A stretch of DNA of 64,000 nucleotides from a virus (Duplodnaviria; Caudoviricetes). Position 1 is the first letter of the stretch; every line of letters begins with the position of its first letter. Shown piece by piece: positions 36,041-45,612 of this stretch. Location: the IMG/VR virus record IMGVR_UViG_3300025944_000001, positions 659 through 64,658 of that record. The stretch is one strand, 5' to 3'. Under the pieces are notes generated by a model. The model was given only the letters and a program-made list of their open reading frames with translations, was not told where the DNA came from and ran no database searches. The position numbers and the translations under genes were made by a program.

Positions 36041-36297
36041 TAGGCTTTCCCCCATGGCTCGCCATCCTTCTTGTGAAGGCAGTAGCCGACTTCCGACAGA
36101 GCGTTCGCGATGTCCGTCATAGACACGAACACGCGGTTGATAATGCGGTGGTCGTCCGGGTCGTCCTCTCGCTGGTCGATGACGTCGACTTGCAACGCCA
36201 GCGCTTCGAGTTCGTTCATACCGTCCCAACTCGGGTCATCGCGGCCGTCAATTACTTCGACTTCACCGCGTAGGTCTTCATCATTCATGGTTTGCAT
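36040..36297 (-). CDS. Hypothetical acidic protein (85 aa)
   Basis: GAAAGG RBS; in-operon. Confidence 0.5.
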   Translation of the reverse strand: MQTMNDEDLRGEVEVIDGRDDPSWDGMNELEALALQVDVIDQREDDPDDHRIINRVFVSMTDIANALSEVGYCLHKKDGEPWGKA

Positions 36298-36317
36298 TTA
36301 CCTTTCATTCCGTGACG

Positions 36318-36878
36318 TTAAGGGTTCGCTTCATAGAACGCTTTGGCGAACCCGAGCGGCGTCATACTCCGAGCCGTCTTGGTACGCTCGCTCTTGCCGC
36401 CGTACTGGGTATGCATTTTCGAGCCTTCTGTCGGCGTAACTCGGCACGTCGGCGGGACTGTGAACTCACCCCATAGCGCCGTCTTTTTCGTGTACGGGTC
36501 GCCGTAGTCGCACGGGTCGAAGTACACTCGCGGCGGTCCTAGCCACCGAACTAGCTTCCCGACCGGGTTTTCTAGTGCCCAAAATACCGGTTTGTAGATT
36601 GCCACGGCACGCAGGCACGCGTCCACTATCGCGAGCGCTTCCGCATAGTCCTGTTCGGTGCGAGGCCAACGGGCACCGGACGCGGCGAACACGGTACATG
36701 GTGGCGCTGCAAGGATGCCATAAACCGAGCGGTCAACGTAGGGCATAAGTCGCACATCATGACCGAGTTTCAAGTCAATCTGCACCACGTCGTACCCGGC
36801 CTCGCGGTAGTACTGAGGCCAGTTCCCCGACAGGTCACAGAGACTTAATATGGTTTTCCCCCACGGCATAGTATCCAA
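36318..36878 (-). CDS. Short C5-cytosine DNA methyltransferase-like protein (186 aa)
   Basis: ILSLCDLSG (motif I-like), LAAPPCTVF (catalytic PC), WALENPVG (ENV motif), KKTALWG and ARSMTPLGFAKAF. Confidence 0.75.
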   Translation of the reverse strand: MDTMPWGKTILSLCDLSGNWPQYYREAGYDVVQIDLKLGHDVRLMPYVDRSVYGILAAPPCTVFAASGARWPRTEQDYAEALAIVDACLRAVAIYKPVFWALENPVGKLVRWLGPPRVYFDPCDYGDPYTKKTALWGEFTVPPTCRVTPTEGSKMHTQYGGKSERTKTARSMTPLGFAKAFYEANP

Positions 36879-37016
36879 CGATATTCACCACGAACAAACG
36901 ATTGTAACTTTATGAACTTCCGATACTATTATACCCCGGCGATTAAATCAACCGTGCGGACCTTTGCAACTTCCCAAAGATTCCAGTGTCACACTTAGTA
37001 GGGTATAGTTACAGGT

Positions 37017-37265
37017 GTGGACAACGAACAAAAAGGTACAACTGAAATGAGCGTCGACGAAGTCCTCAAAGCGTGCGGCATCACCCGGACCACGCTATAT
37101 CGATGGAACGACGAAAAACGCCTCGTGCCGTTACCTAAACGGTTCCCGGCAAAACGCAACGAACGCCGGGTCTATGACAAGGCCGATGTCGACCGCCTGA
37201 TCGAAGAGGGCCGCGCCGACGTCGAGGCGCTGCGCCGTGGCGACCGTGCCGACGCGGGCGGCTAG
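37017..37265 (+). CDS. MerR/Xis-type HTH protein, candidate recombination directionality factor (82 aa)
   Basis: MSVDEVLKACGITRTTLYRW..RRVYDKADVDRLI; TATAGT at 37004-37009 just upstream of the GTG. Confidence 0.65.
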   Translation: MDNEQKGTTEMSVDEVLKACGITRTTLYRWNDEKRLVPLPKRFPAKRNERRVYDKADVDRLIEEGRADVEALRRGDRADAGG

Positions 37266-37636
37266 GACGATGTGACGGCATGCTTACGCTCGGCCCGCCG
37301 TGCCCTCAGCGGCGCGTACTGACACCATCTGCATTGATGGCGTCGGTTGCCGTTCGTCGTCGGCTGGAACTCGCCTATCGGCTTCTCGCGCCCGCATGTG
37401 CGGCACGTCCGGAACAAGCCGCTCGTGTCGGCATCGGTTCGAGGCCTGCCGCCTTTGCTTGTGTCCCGGTCTTCCGGTTCGTCGTCGACGATAACGATGA
37501 CGCGGGTCGCCTCGCACATCCACAGCGCGGCGGCGGCGGCACAGAGCAGGCAGTTGTCATCGTCGCAGTCGTTGAGGCTGTGACCGGCCGTGTACGCGCG
37601 GATCTCGGCGGAGAGACGTTCCGAAGGCGTCTTCAT
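37262..37636 (-). CDS. Hypothetical Zn-finger protein (124 aa)
   Basis: Start MKTPSER; CRTCGREKPIGEF..CRWC. Confidence 0.5.
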   Translation of the reverse strand: MKTPSERLSAEIRAYTAGHSLNDCDDDNCLLCAAAAALWMCEATRVIVIVDDEPEDRDTSKGGRPRTDADTSGLFRTCRTCGREKPIGEFQPTTNGNRRHQCRWCQYAPLRARRAERKHAVTSS

Positions 37637-37830
37637 TCCTCGTCCCTCTCTGCCCAGTCTTCGAGCGGCGGCGCGATGCAGATGGACGCCCCGCGCATGG
37701 GCACCGGCGAGGTACACCAGCGCCGTACGCGACCGGCCGCGCCGTGGTCACGGGCGATATCGGCGAGGCGACGTTTCTTCGCGGCGGCACGTGTCGTCGG
37801 GTTGTCGGTCGACGGGCTGTTGTGGGTCAT
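37633..37830 (-). CDS. Hypothetical protein (65 aa)
   Basis: Start MTHNSP after GGAAAGG; coupled to neighbours. Confidence 0.4.
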   Translation of the reverse strand: MTHNSPSTDNPTTRAAAKKRRLADIARDHGAAGRVRRWCTSPVPMRGASICIAPPLEDWAERDEE

Positions 37831-38465
37831 TTGCGTCCTTTCCCGCCACGGTCGAGGTACATGTTCCAGAACCGGCAACTTAGCCGGTTGAGCACATCCA
37901 TGCGCTCTGCATCTGTTAACTTGCGACCGTTCGGTAGTTTGGATGGGGCGCGTACGACCTTCCAAAATCTGTCGAGCACGACCACGCCGACCCATGATGG
38001 CAATGTGCTAACCGCAATCTCTCCGAGTTTGTCAGTAGGCACTACGACGGTGAACTCTTTGACCGGATGTGCAATGCGCGCATTGGCAACAGTAGCCCGC
38101 CCAGCGCGCTTGACGATGTACGGATCGGAGACCTGATTCGGAACGCGCTCAATGGTCGACAGGTCAATATCCTCGTCATAGAAAGTCTTAAGTCGAACCT
38201 CGACGCCGTTCTGAAGCTCATCGTACTTTTCTGGCTTCTTCGTGACGTCGGCGCGGATGTCGGCAGCGGAAATCTTAATCTCAAACTCGTACATCCACCC
38301 TGACCGCATAATACGTACGAGGTCCATTTCGTGGGTGTATCGGCCAAGCCCGCAAAGATTGAAGGCGAGGAGGTCGGTATATGGACTGAAAACCGACCGC
38401 ACCATTCGGTCGCGTATTGTTCGCTCGGTGATTTTTGCATCGACTATTTCAGCGACTTCGTTCAA
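37827..38465 (-). CDS. MmcB-like / PD-(D/E)XK nuclease-fold protein (212 aa)
   Basis: HEMDLVRIMRSGWMYEFEIKISAADIRAD; TTG start after AAGGAG. Confidence 0.6.
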   Translation of the reverse strand: MNEVAEIVDAKITERTIRDRMVRSVFSPYTDLLAFNLCGLGRYTHEMDLVRIMRSGWMYEFEIKISAADIRADVTKKPEKYDELQNGVEVRLKTFYDEDIDLSTIERVPNQVSDPYIVKRAGRATVANARIAHPVKEFTVVVPTDKLGEIAVSTLPSWVGVVVLDRFWKVVRAPSKLPNGRKLTDAERMDVLNRLSCRFWNMYLDRGGKGRK

Positions 38466-38799
38466 ACTCCACTCCTTCCGGCAGCGTGAGCGCCGTATCG
38501 TCGTCGTTGCTGTCGAGCACAACCATGTCGGTACCGGCGTCGACCTGCGTGATGACGAACCGGTCGCGGGCCTCGGCGTCCGTCTCGCCGTCACGAATCG
38601 GGTCGACCGCGTAGGGCCGTGACGGGTATGGCGTCGCCTCGGTGCGCAGGACGATGCAGCGGCGACCGCGCCAGTGCTCGACGCGGATACGGCCGTCGGC
38701 ATGGGTCGGCGCGTCGTAGGAGCGTACAGCCGCGCGTACGGTGGTGCCCTGGCGAGCGGCGGTACACGCGGCGAGGGCGGTAGTGAGCGCGTCGGTCAT
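38449..38799 (-). CDS. Hypothetical protein (116 aa)
   Basis: In-operon ORF. Confidence 0.45.
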   Translation of the reverse strand: MTDALTTALAACTAARQGTTVRAAVRSYDAPTHADGRIRVEHWRGRRCIVLRTEATPYPSRPYAVDPIRDGETDAEARDRFVITQVDAGTDMVVLDSNDDDTALTLPEGVEFERSR

Positions 38800-39071
38800 C
38801 GGGCCTCCGGTAGTTCGATTTCGAAACTAAAAGGCACCATGCCTAAGTTAGCGTCGAAAGTACCGATCTTGGATGACACCCACGAGTTGAGATAGACGGC
38901 AGTGTCCTCTACGTCTTCGTCTAAGTCGAAAGAAACGCATTCTTCTGAGACGTAAGGTTCTAAGTCAGGTCGCGCGGCTTTGATAGCGAGTGCAACGGGG
39001 CAGTTGCAAGGGTCGCACCGTTGACCGAGTTCGATGTGCTCGCGCGTTACTTCTACGGTAGTAGTCTTCAT
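38796..39071 (-). CDS. Hypothetical protein (91 aa)
   Basis: VTREHIELG..CPVALAI..IGTFD..PFSFEIE pattern. Confidence 0.55.
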   Translation of the reverse strand: MKTTTVEVTREHIELGQRCDPCNCPVALAIKAARPDLEPYVSEECVSFDLDEDVEDTAVYLNSWVSSKIGTFDANLGMVPFSFEIELPEAR

Positions 39072-39379
39072 TAGTGGTCCTCCACGGACGGATCGGCCGT
39101 CACGGTGGCGTCGGCATCCTGGCGTACCGGCAGGTTCGCCCAGCCGGGAGCGAGCATGTCGACGGGCGGTAGGTCATCAAATGTCGGCTCGTAGACCGTG
39201 TCGGCTACTGATTGCAATGTGAGGCTTTCAAGTTCGACCGCAATCGGGTCGTCATTCACGGTACGACCGGTAAACCAGTACCGGGCGCACATCGGGGCGC
39301 GGTGTGCGCCGTAGGTGGATAACAGTGTTGGTAGCGGGTCGCCGCAATTCGAGCAGTTCATCGCCTGTCGTACTCCCAT
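39071..39379 (-). CDS. Hypothetical protein (102 aa)
   Basis: Start MGVRQAMNCSNCG. Confidence 0.45.
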   Translation of the reverse strand: MGVRQAMNCSNCGDPLPTLLSTYGAHRAPMCARYWFTGRTVNDDPIAVELESLTLQSVADTVYEPTFDDLPPVDMLAPGWANLPVRQDADATVTADPSVEDH

Positions 39380-39834
39380 GTTCCGCCCTTTCCTTTCTTC
39401 ACGACCACCACGGCAAAGAACGGGTACATCTCGCGAATAGCCCGAAGTTTTACCTGTGCGTCGTCTCTCATGAAGCCTTTCGTCTCGTGCAGTTCGATGT
39501 GCCCGTCGGCTAGGAGCACCATGAAATCGGTATGGTAAAAACACTTCTCGCCGATGCGTAGATTGAGCGCGCCGAACCGCCACCACGCCACCTCACCGCG
39601 TGCCTTGCGGGCGTCCAAAACGGCGCTGTACGCGGCCTCGGTCTTATTCATAGCCTGGTTGGCCAGCGCGTCAACATCGCCTATAGCGGCAGGCATCGGA
39701 CGCCGCTGAGTTTCGGTCGGCATCGACGATACGACGTCGGCGATGGGCGGCGACGGCTCGCCGAGTTGAGCACGCGCCTGTGCACGGAGGTGCGGCGGTA
39801 GGTCGTCGACGGTGGCGTAGGTCATGGTATCCAC
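39358..39834 (-). CDS. DUF1064-like PD-(D/E)XK endonuclease, possible Holliday junction resolvase (158 aa)
   Basis: MNKTEAAY..FYHTDFMV..IELHETKGFMRDDAQVKLR. Confidence 0.7.
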   Translation of the reverse strand: MDTMTYATVDDLPPHLRAQARAQLGEPSPPIADVVSSMPTETQRRPMPAAIGDVDALANQAMNKTEAAYSAVLDARKARGEVAWWRFGALNLRIGEKCFYHTDFMVLLADGHIELHETKGFMRDDAQVKLRAIREMYPFFAVVVVKKGKGGTWEYDRR

Positions 39835-40439
39835 CTCATCACCGGTTCGACGTTGGCGGGTCGGCTCTTATCCCAAACGAACCACGCGAACGCAATCATG
39901 CCAGAGCCGCCCGTGTCCATTCCGTTGCGGAACATCTGAATGCGGCGACTGAACTGGTAGATCCTCGCAATCGGCGTCGTGGTGAATAGGCGGTGACGTC
40001 CAGCCGACTCTAGGAAGTTCGTTCGCAGTAACATGCAGACTTTGCCGTCGACGATTTCAAGGGCGCGCCAGATGAATGCCTCGGCCTCGTTGTACGGCGG
40101 GTTGGTTACGATGTGATTGCACCCTGCATAGAGCGCGGCACTGGCTAGGAAGTCAACACCAACCTCACCGTAGCCACGATCGTACAGGTCGCCACTCACC
40201 ACCTTGGTTGTCCCGACTCCGCGCTGTTCTATGACGCGGGACATTCGGCCGTCGCCACAGGCGCATTCACCGACGATGCCCGGTAGCTCCTCGCGTTCGC
40301 ACAAGGCTATGGTCGCAGTCGGGTCCGTTGGGTAAAAGTCGTCATCGGTCGTACCGCGTCGACATTGGGCCAACCGCGCACCTCCGTTGACACCTGTTCG
40401 TCGCTCCAGTTCGGTCGGTTCGACTTCGAAAAGTCTCAT
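39822..40439 (-). CDS. N6-adenine/N4-cytosine DNA methyltransferase-like protein (205 aa)
   Basis: DDFYPT, ECACGDG (SAM-binding), IVTNPPY catalytic motif, FAWFVWD. Confidence 0.8.
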   Translation of the reverse strand: MRLFEVEPTELERRTGVNGGARLAQCRRGTTDDDFYPTDPTATIALCEREELPGIVGECACGDGRMSRVIEQRGVGTTKVVSGDLYDRGYGEVGVDFLASAALYAGCNHIVTNPPYNEAEAFIWRALEIVDGKVCMLLRTNFLESAGRHRLFTTTPIARIYQFSRRIQMFRNGMDTGGSGMIAFAWFVWDKSRPANVEPVMRWIP

Positions 40440-40548
40440 ACGGAATTCCGCAACCTTTCAGAACCTAGCGTGTCCTATAACCATGGACACTATCGCAATC
40501 GCCGCGACGCCGATGCCGATCGCGCAGCCAGTGACGTCGCCGCGACGA

Positions 40549-40893
40549 TTAAGCCGCAATTCTTTCCTGTTCCGTTGTCGGCAGGCTAGTAGCCTCGAAC
40601 TTGCGAGCCGCGAGAGGCAAAAAGTCGAGACGAGATTTATCAAGCAAGGGGCAGCCAGGCTCGTGCTCAATATCAGACTGAGCATAGATAGTATCGTCAA
40701 CCGGGTTGCCGGAGGAATCGCGCTTTTCAACGACAACAGCCTCATAGGTCAAAATCGTCACGTGTCCGCAATAGACACAGGTGGTCCATGGACTCAGGTA
40801 GGGGGGGCAGTCGCAAAGATTGCGCGACTTCACAATCGTCAGTGTCGACGAAAAACTCTCTTGACCGCCCATAGCGGACATGTAGGTGGGCAT
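40549..40893 (-). CDS. Hypothetical protein (114 aa)
   Basis: GGAGAG RBS; CVYCG...HEPGCP. Confidence 0.5.
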   Translation of the reverse strand: MPTYMSAMGGQESFSSTLTIVKSRNLCDCPPYLSPWTTCVYCGHVTILTYEAVVVEKRDSSGNPVDDTIYAQSDIEHEPGCPLLDKSRLDFLPLAARKFEATSLPTTEQERIAA

Positions 40894-40943
40894 TATGTTC
40901 TCTCCTTAATTGCGAATGCGCAGAACGACGGGCCGGGTCGGTG

Positions 40944-41324
40944 TCATCGCGCCACAGCCGACAGGTGCGCCGGGGCGTCGAGCGCTGCCGCCAACGACCA
41001 CAGCGCGATACCGATGACGAGGACCGTCACGGCGACCACGACGTGCCCGAGCATGACGGCCTCGCGCGGCTGGTGCCGTCCGTACGTGGGCGGTACCGAC
41101 TTCGGGCCGATGCCGTCGACGCGGCGCACCGTCCCTTGACGGCCGTCGTTGACCATGAGCGCGTCGATACTGCCGTTGCGGACAGGCGCGGTACCGTAGT
41201 CGCGGGCGGTTGTCCGTGCCGCCTTCGCCCGCTTCGTCAGCGTCGACCGGTGACGCGGATCGGGCGTACCGACCGGCGCGACGTCGTCCGGGTCAGTGGG
41301 GTGTGGTTGTGTATAGGTGTTCAT
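40944..41324 (-). CDS. Hypothetical membrane-anchored protein (126 aa)
   Basis: C-terminal TM segment. Confidence 0.5.
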   Translation of the reverse strand: MNTYTQPHPTDPDDVAPVGTPDPRHRSTLTKRAKAARTTARDYGTAPVRNGSIDALMVNDGRQGTVRRVDGIGPKSVPPTYGRHQPREAVMLGHVVVAVTVLVIGIALWSLAAALDAPAHLSAVAR

Positions 41325-41629
41325 GATGTGACTGTCTCCACTTCGAATAGCGTTTTGCCCTTGCGCTCAGTCCGATAGGCCAGCCGAATATGCAGCATTT
41401 CGGCCATTTCGCAGAGCATGTCGATTAGTGACTCGGCTGCATCCAAGTCCCCGCCTTCTACTTTTGACGCGCACTCTAAGATATCGCCGCCAATCTTGCG
41501 GCAGTCCCGCGCCGTCATTTCCTTGATGAACTGGAAGTCAACAAACGGGTTATAGTCATCTCTTGACGGTTGGGCTCCTGTTCGCTCGGCTACTGCCTTA
41601 GTGGCTTGGTTGATAATGTCGTTCGGCAT
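41321..41629 (-). CDS. Hypothetical protein (102 aa)
   Basis: AAGGAG before MPNDIIN. Confidence 0.5.
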   Translation of the reverse strand: MPNDIINQATKAVAERTGAQPSRDDYNPFVDFQFIKEMTARDCRKIGGDILECASKVEGGDLDAAESLIDMLCEMAEMLHIRLAYRTERKGKTLFEVETVTS

Positions 41630-41687
41630 CTCGTCTCCTTCGCCACGGCCGATACGACCGGGGCGGCGTGGCGTTCGCGGCGGCGGG

Positions 41688-42503
41688 TTAGGCTTGCATC
41701 GCACGCCAAAGTTTGTCTTGTTGCTGCCCAGTCAACTCATATGGGACCGCGCTACCGAAGTTCTTTTCCATGTATGTCTGCCACTGGCCGCGAACATCGG
41801 GCGGCATACTCATTAGCGCGTCTGTGATATCGTCGACGACCGACCGGTAGCCACCTCGGGCTGGTTGCGCCGATTCCTCATCACGCGACCCGGTAGGTGC
41901 GTGCGCTCCCGGCACGTCGCCGAAGTCATCGGCGGTAGCGACCGCAGCGCCCGTTCCGAACGGAGTGTCCTTGTAGCAAAACTGTAGAGCGCGAAGGCCA
42001 GGGGCGACACCTTTCGACTCGTTGTTGAACGCGTAAAAGTTGAGTTGCGCCTTAGCCCAATCACCAGACACCCACCCATCGACCGCGCGCGCTTCCGACT
42101 TATCGTGCGCGTTCATTAATCGCGGCGGCTTGTCTTCTTTGGCCGTGGCGTTCACAAACCAGTAGCCGGGATACTTAGGCACCCAATTACCTTTGCCGTC
42201 ATCAGCGGTAACGACGTCGCCGTCTTTCAGACACATCTTGAACACGTTGTCAGGCGCGTTCATGTACTTGTCGACTTCCTTCGGGCCGAACTCGTCGGCG
42301 ATAGCGGCACGTATCGCCGCGATGAGTTTGTCGTATTGCCCCGCGACGTAATATGGGTGTGCCGGGCCTTTCGGGAACAGCAGCGTCGCCTCGTACCAGC
42401 GCTTCAACGCGCCGTTCTGCATCTTTTCGCGCGGCTTGAAGACGTTCAGCCAGCTCAATCGGCACGGGCCGACGATAATCAGACAATCAGGATTTGCAGC
42501 CAT
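41688..42503 (-). CDS. ssDNA-binding protein, DUF2815 / T7 gp2.5-like (271 aa)
   Basis: GPCRLSWLNVFKP..YEATLLFPK, CLKDGD, SGDWAKAQLNFYAFNNESKGVAPGLRALQF..PFG. Confidence 0.8.
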   Translation of the reverse strand: MAANPDCLIIVGPCRLSWLNVFKPREKMQNGALKRWYEATLLFPKGPAHPYYVAGQYDKLIAAIRAAIADEFGPKEVDKYMNAPDNVFKMCLKDGDVVTADDGKGNWVPKYPGYWFVNATAKEDKPPRLMNAHDKSEARAVDGWVSGDWAKAQLNFYAFNNESKGVAPGLRALQFCYKDTPFGTGAAVATADDFGDVPGAHAPTGSRDEESAQPARGGYRSVVDDITDALMSMPPDVRGQWQTYMEKNFGSAVPYELTGQQQDKLWRAMQA

Positions 42504-42532
42504 GTTAGTAGGTTCCTTAAAGTTTTAGTAGT

Positions 42533-42856
42533 TCATTCGTCTAGTGGCTCAACGCCACCAATCCAGTCAAAGAGTGCGCGGTGCCGACACCGCCGATGAC
42601 GGCTCAACGTGTCCATACAATCGCACTCAACGGCGTAGTACAGCCCGTCAGGTCGCGGTGCCGTTACGATCTGGTGCGGCTCGTGCGGAGTCGCCTTACC
42701 AGTGTCACAGTCCCGGTGCCAGACGCGCATCAAAATCACGTTCACGAAGTCGAAGCCGCTCCGGTCGCGCCAGGTCGGCAGGAACCCGCACGGCGCAAAG
42801 CAGTAGTTGTTCAGGTCGCGTTTCGCCCGTGCCAGATGCGGCGGTAGTTTACTCAT
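42533..42856 (-). CDS. SWIM Zn-finger-like protein (107 aa)
   Basis: ECDCMD...RCRHR. Confidence 0.5.
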   Translation of the reverse strand: MSKLPPHLARAKRDLNNYCFAPCGFLPTWRDRSGFDFVNVILMRVWHRDCDTGKATPHEPHQIVTAPRPDGLYYAVECDCMDTLSRHRRCRHRALFDWIGGVEPLDE

Positions 42857-43077
42857 CGTTTCGTCCTCGTCGCGAACCGCTCACGGAACTTGTTGAACTG
42901 CGCTCGCTCGACCTCGGTCAACTGCACCACGTGAACAACCGGGCGACCACGGAACCACAGGGCGCAATCTGCATGCTGAGTGCGCCAACCGTGACCGGGC
43001 CACCGCTCGAAGTGTCCTAGGCCCGGTTCGACCGTTTGACCGCATCGGTAGCAAGTGCCAGCGTACTTGTTTCTCAC
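42853..43077 (-). CDS. Small Zn-binding phage protein (74 aa)
   Basis: MRNKYAGTCYRCG..V.PG.G...HADCA. Confidence 0.55.
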   Translation of the reverse strand: MRNKYAGTCYRCGQTVEPGLGHFERWPGHGWRTQHADCALWFRGRPVVHVVQLTEVERAQFNKFRERFATRTKR

Positions 43078-43949
43078 CTGTGCACCTCCGTGAACCCGAA
43101 CGCTTCGGCGTTACGGTCGGCGCGCACGTCGGCGGCGGATCGGCGCGCCGTCTTGGAGCGGACACGCTCGGGAAAGTAACCGGCTTTGCGCCGTTCCGAC
43201 AGCCACGCCGAAAGGTTCGATTCGGCGAACCGCCGTAACCGCGCCATGTCGTAGCCGCCCGGTATGTGCTCTAGATTAAGCGTCCCGGCGTCCATTGCCC
43301 GCATCCACAGCAACGGCGTCACGCACCGCCATAGCGCATCGTCTACCTGCGCCTGCGTCCACGTCCGAAGCTGCGCGCCATCTGCGCCAATCAGCAGGCT
43401 ACCGTAGGCTGTACGCGCCCCGTACGGCTCGTTACGGCCGTCGACATAGGCGACTGTCTCAAGGCGCGCCTGCATGGCAATCTGCGCAAGGAACCACGGC
43501 GATGGCGATACGCTGTCCTGTGTCTTCCCGTCGATGAGCCACTGCCCCGAGTCGTCGACCAACTCACCGCCGTCGATATCGGGCGTACCGGCGTAACCGA
43601 GTGTCACATTCGCACCCGGCGTCTCGATGCGGCGGGCGCGGATGACGTGTTCGGCACACCAGTTTATGGCGCTCGTGACGTACGGCAGAACCCAGTCGAT
43701 TTGCAGGCAGTAGCCGTTCCGTCCGATTTCCCATTCACACCACTCATCGATATAGGCGTCGCCGACAGTGCCCTCAATCTGCGCCTGCATCGCGAGGTGC
43801 ACGAGGCTCCCGCGCTGCATGTAGCGCGGGTGTGGCGGGTACTCGGGCTTGATGGGTGCGAGCACCGACGTTATTGATGGAAGGCGAAGGTCGCCGACAC
43901 GGTACGCGCCATCGATCCGTTGGGCGTAGGCGACGATCGTCATGTCCAC
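43074..43949 (-). CDS. PD-(D/E)XK (Cas4/exonuclease-like) recombination nuclease (291 aa)
   Basis: LPSITSVL, RGSLVH, GYAGTPDI..LIDGKT, AQIAM; next to the SSB gene. Confidence 0.7.
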   Translation of the reverse strand: MDMTIVAYAQRIDGAYRVGDLRLPSITSVLAPIKPEYPPHPRYMQRGSLVHLAMQAQIEGTVGDAYIDEWCEWEIGRNGYCLQIDWVLPYVTSAINWCAEHVIRARRIETPGANVTLGYAGTPDIDGGELVDDSGQWLIDGKTQDSVSPSPWFLAQIAMQARLETVAYVDGRNEPYGARTAYGSLLIGADGAQLRTWTQAQVDDALWRCVTPLLWMRAMDAGTLNLEHIPGGYDMARLRRFAESNLSAWLSERRKAGYFPERVRSKTARRSAADVRADRNAEAFGFTEVHR

Positions 43950-44584
43950 ATGCTCCCGTGAACAATCCGGGTCGATGACCGGCGTTTCATCTCCTTAGCG
44001 AGTTCACAAGCCGTATAGTCCGCATATCCGCCGCCTTGTTTAAGGCGCGTGATGGTGTTAGGCCGGTAGAGCATCTTGCCTGTCTCGTGGTCCTTGTAGG
44101 CGAAAATGCTCACGCCGTAGATTTCCTTGGTGTAGGTAATCTGTTTAATCTCAAGGGCCAACCGAGTCAGCCCTGGTAGCACGTTAGGTTTACGGTCCCA
44201 CCTAAAGCGCTCTTCTTCGGGCGTCTGCCGACCGGGAACCGGCCTAATATCCCAGCCATCAGCCTTCAGCGCTTCGCACAAGAAAGCGAACCCGCAATTT
44301 GTTCCTAGCCACTGCACGATAGTGGCGGCGATAGTGGCGTCTCGCTGGTGAATGACGAACGCGGGTTTAAAACCGAACCGCCAGCTAAGTTGAGCTAAGT
44401 ACCCACGCTTGCGGTCAGGAACCATAAGAAGGTTTTGCAGCAAACCGTAGCCGTGGTTGATGTAGTGGCACGGTTCGCATTCTTTAGCCCACTTCTCGGT
44501 GAATATCCGCTCCAGCCTGCTGAACTTATTGCGGTTAGGGAACAGCGGCACGTGCTTGATTTTCTTCTGTTGTCGCCGTGCCAT
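43940..44584 (-). CDS. Hypothetical protein (214 aa)
   Basis: ERIFTEKW...RDATIAATIVQWLGTNCGFAFL. Confidence 0.55.
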   Translation of the reverse strand: MARRQQKKIKHVPLFPNRNKFSRLERIFTEKWAKECEPCHYINHGYGLLQNLLMVPDRKRGYLAQLSWRFGFKPAFVIHQRDATIAATIVQWLGTNCGFAFLCEALKADGWDIRPVPGRQTPEEERFRWDRKPNVLPGLTRLALEIKQITYTKEIYGVSIFAYKDHETGKMLYRPNTITRLKQGGGYADYTACELAKEMKRRSSTRIVHGSMWT

Positions 44585-44791
44585 CTACGCCTCCCCCGCG
44601 TCGAGCGCATCGGCCATAACGCCGGAACTGTCGAACCGTTCGTAGTCGGTGTCACGCGTCTGGAAGTACTCCGCGTCTTTGTCGACCACGGGCGCGCCGG
44701 ACAGGAACGTGCGGTCGAACTCATCGAACGGGTTGAGCGTGCGCGCCGATACGTCGACCGGGCGCTGCGTCGTGGCGTGGTGGTGGTTCAT
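44585..44791 (-). CDS. Hypothetical protein (68 aa)
   Basis: In-operon ORF. Confidence 0.45.
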   Translation of the reverse strand: MNHHHATTQRPVDVSARTLNPFDEFDRTFLSGAPVVDKDAEYFQTRDTDYERFDSSGVMADALDAGEA

Positions 44792-45111
44792 TGGGTGGCC
44801 TCGCTTTCGTCCTCACCCTCGCGGTCTTCCGGTCCCATGAACTCGTCCCACGCTGCTGGTGAAATACCGGTCAGTAACCATTCGCGGTCACCGTCGCTCA
44901 GGTAGGGGAAAGCGTCCTGAACATACGCCCCCTGCCGATATCGAAACAGGTCTGGACCGTGCACTTTAACCGAGTGAAAACCGAAGCCGACATTGCCGGA
45001 AATGCAGTAGCAATGCCCGCGCTGTTCGTCGCCGGTACGAGGATTAACGCGAAAGTCAGGATGGTCGCCGTATTCGGTTATCGTCACCTTCGGATGGTCT
45101 ATGATGCTCAT
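44788..45111 (-). CDS. Conserved-looking phage hypothetical protein (107 aa)
   Basis: GAYVQDAFPYLSDGDREWLLTGISPAAWDEF; GGAGG RBS. Confidence 0.6.
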   Translation of the reverse strand: MSIIDHPKVTITEYGDHPDFRVNPRTGDEQRGHCYCISGNVGFGFHSVKVHGPDLFRYRQGAYVQDAFPYLSDGDREWLLTGISPAAWDEFMGPEDREGEDESEATQ

Positions 45112-45575
45112 CGTGCACCTCCCGTTCGGTCCCGCAACGGCCGCGCCATCGGCAGCAGGTTGTGCCGTAGTCGCTTCGACCGGCACATCGGCACGAACGC
45201 CTCGGCGTACCCGACGCCGCGAATCGTGCCGTCCGGTGCCTCCTCCGTCACAGTGTCGACGCTCCACGCCCGGCGATCGAAGCCCTCGACGACGTAGCCC
45301 TTCGCCGCCATCAGGTCAAGCGAGCGTTCCAGTTGGTCGGACACGGTCGCCGCCTCCAACTCCGCATCGGCCTTGCGCAGCGCGTTGGCGATGCCTCTGA
45401 TGGCGAACGGGTTGGTGTTGCTGCCGATGCGCAGTAACGCCAGTGCCGCCGCTTCCGTCGATGCGACCCGTGCCCGCGCGATTTCGAGGCGCGACGGCCC
45501 GCCGAAGGTGCCACAGCAAGCGCCCTGTGTGGCGGTTGTCCCGTTGACGGTATTTAGTTTTGGTTGTATACTCAA
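45108..45575 (-). CDS. Hypothetical protein (up to 155 aa)
   Basis: In-operon ORF; start uncertain. Confidence 0.45.
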   Translation of the reverse strand: MSIQPKLNTVNGTTATQGACCGTFGGPSRLEIARARVASTEAAALALLRIGSNTNPFAIRGIANALRKADAELEAATVSDQLERSLDLMAAKGYVVEGFDRRAWSVDTVTEEAPDGTIRGVGYAEAFVPMCRSKRLRHNLLPMARPLRDRTGGAR

Positions 45576-45612
45576 TAGCGTAAAGCCCTCAGAGTCGCCA
45601 GGAACCCAATTC

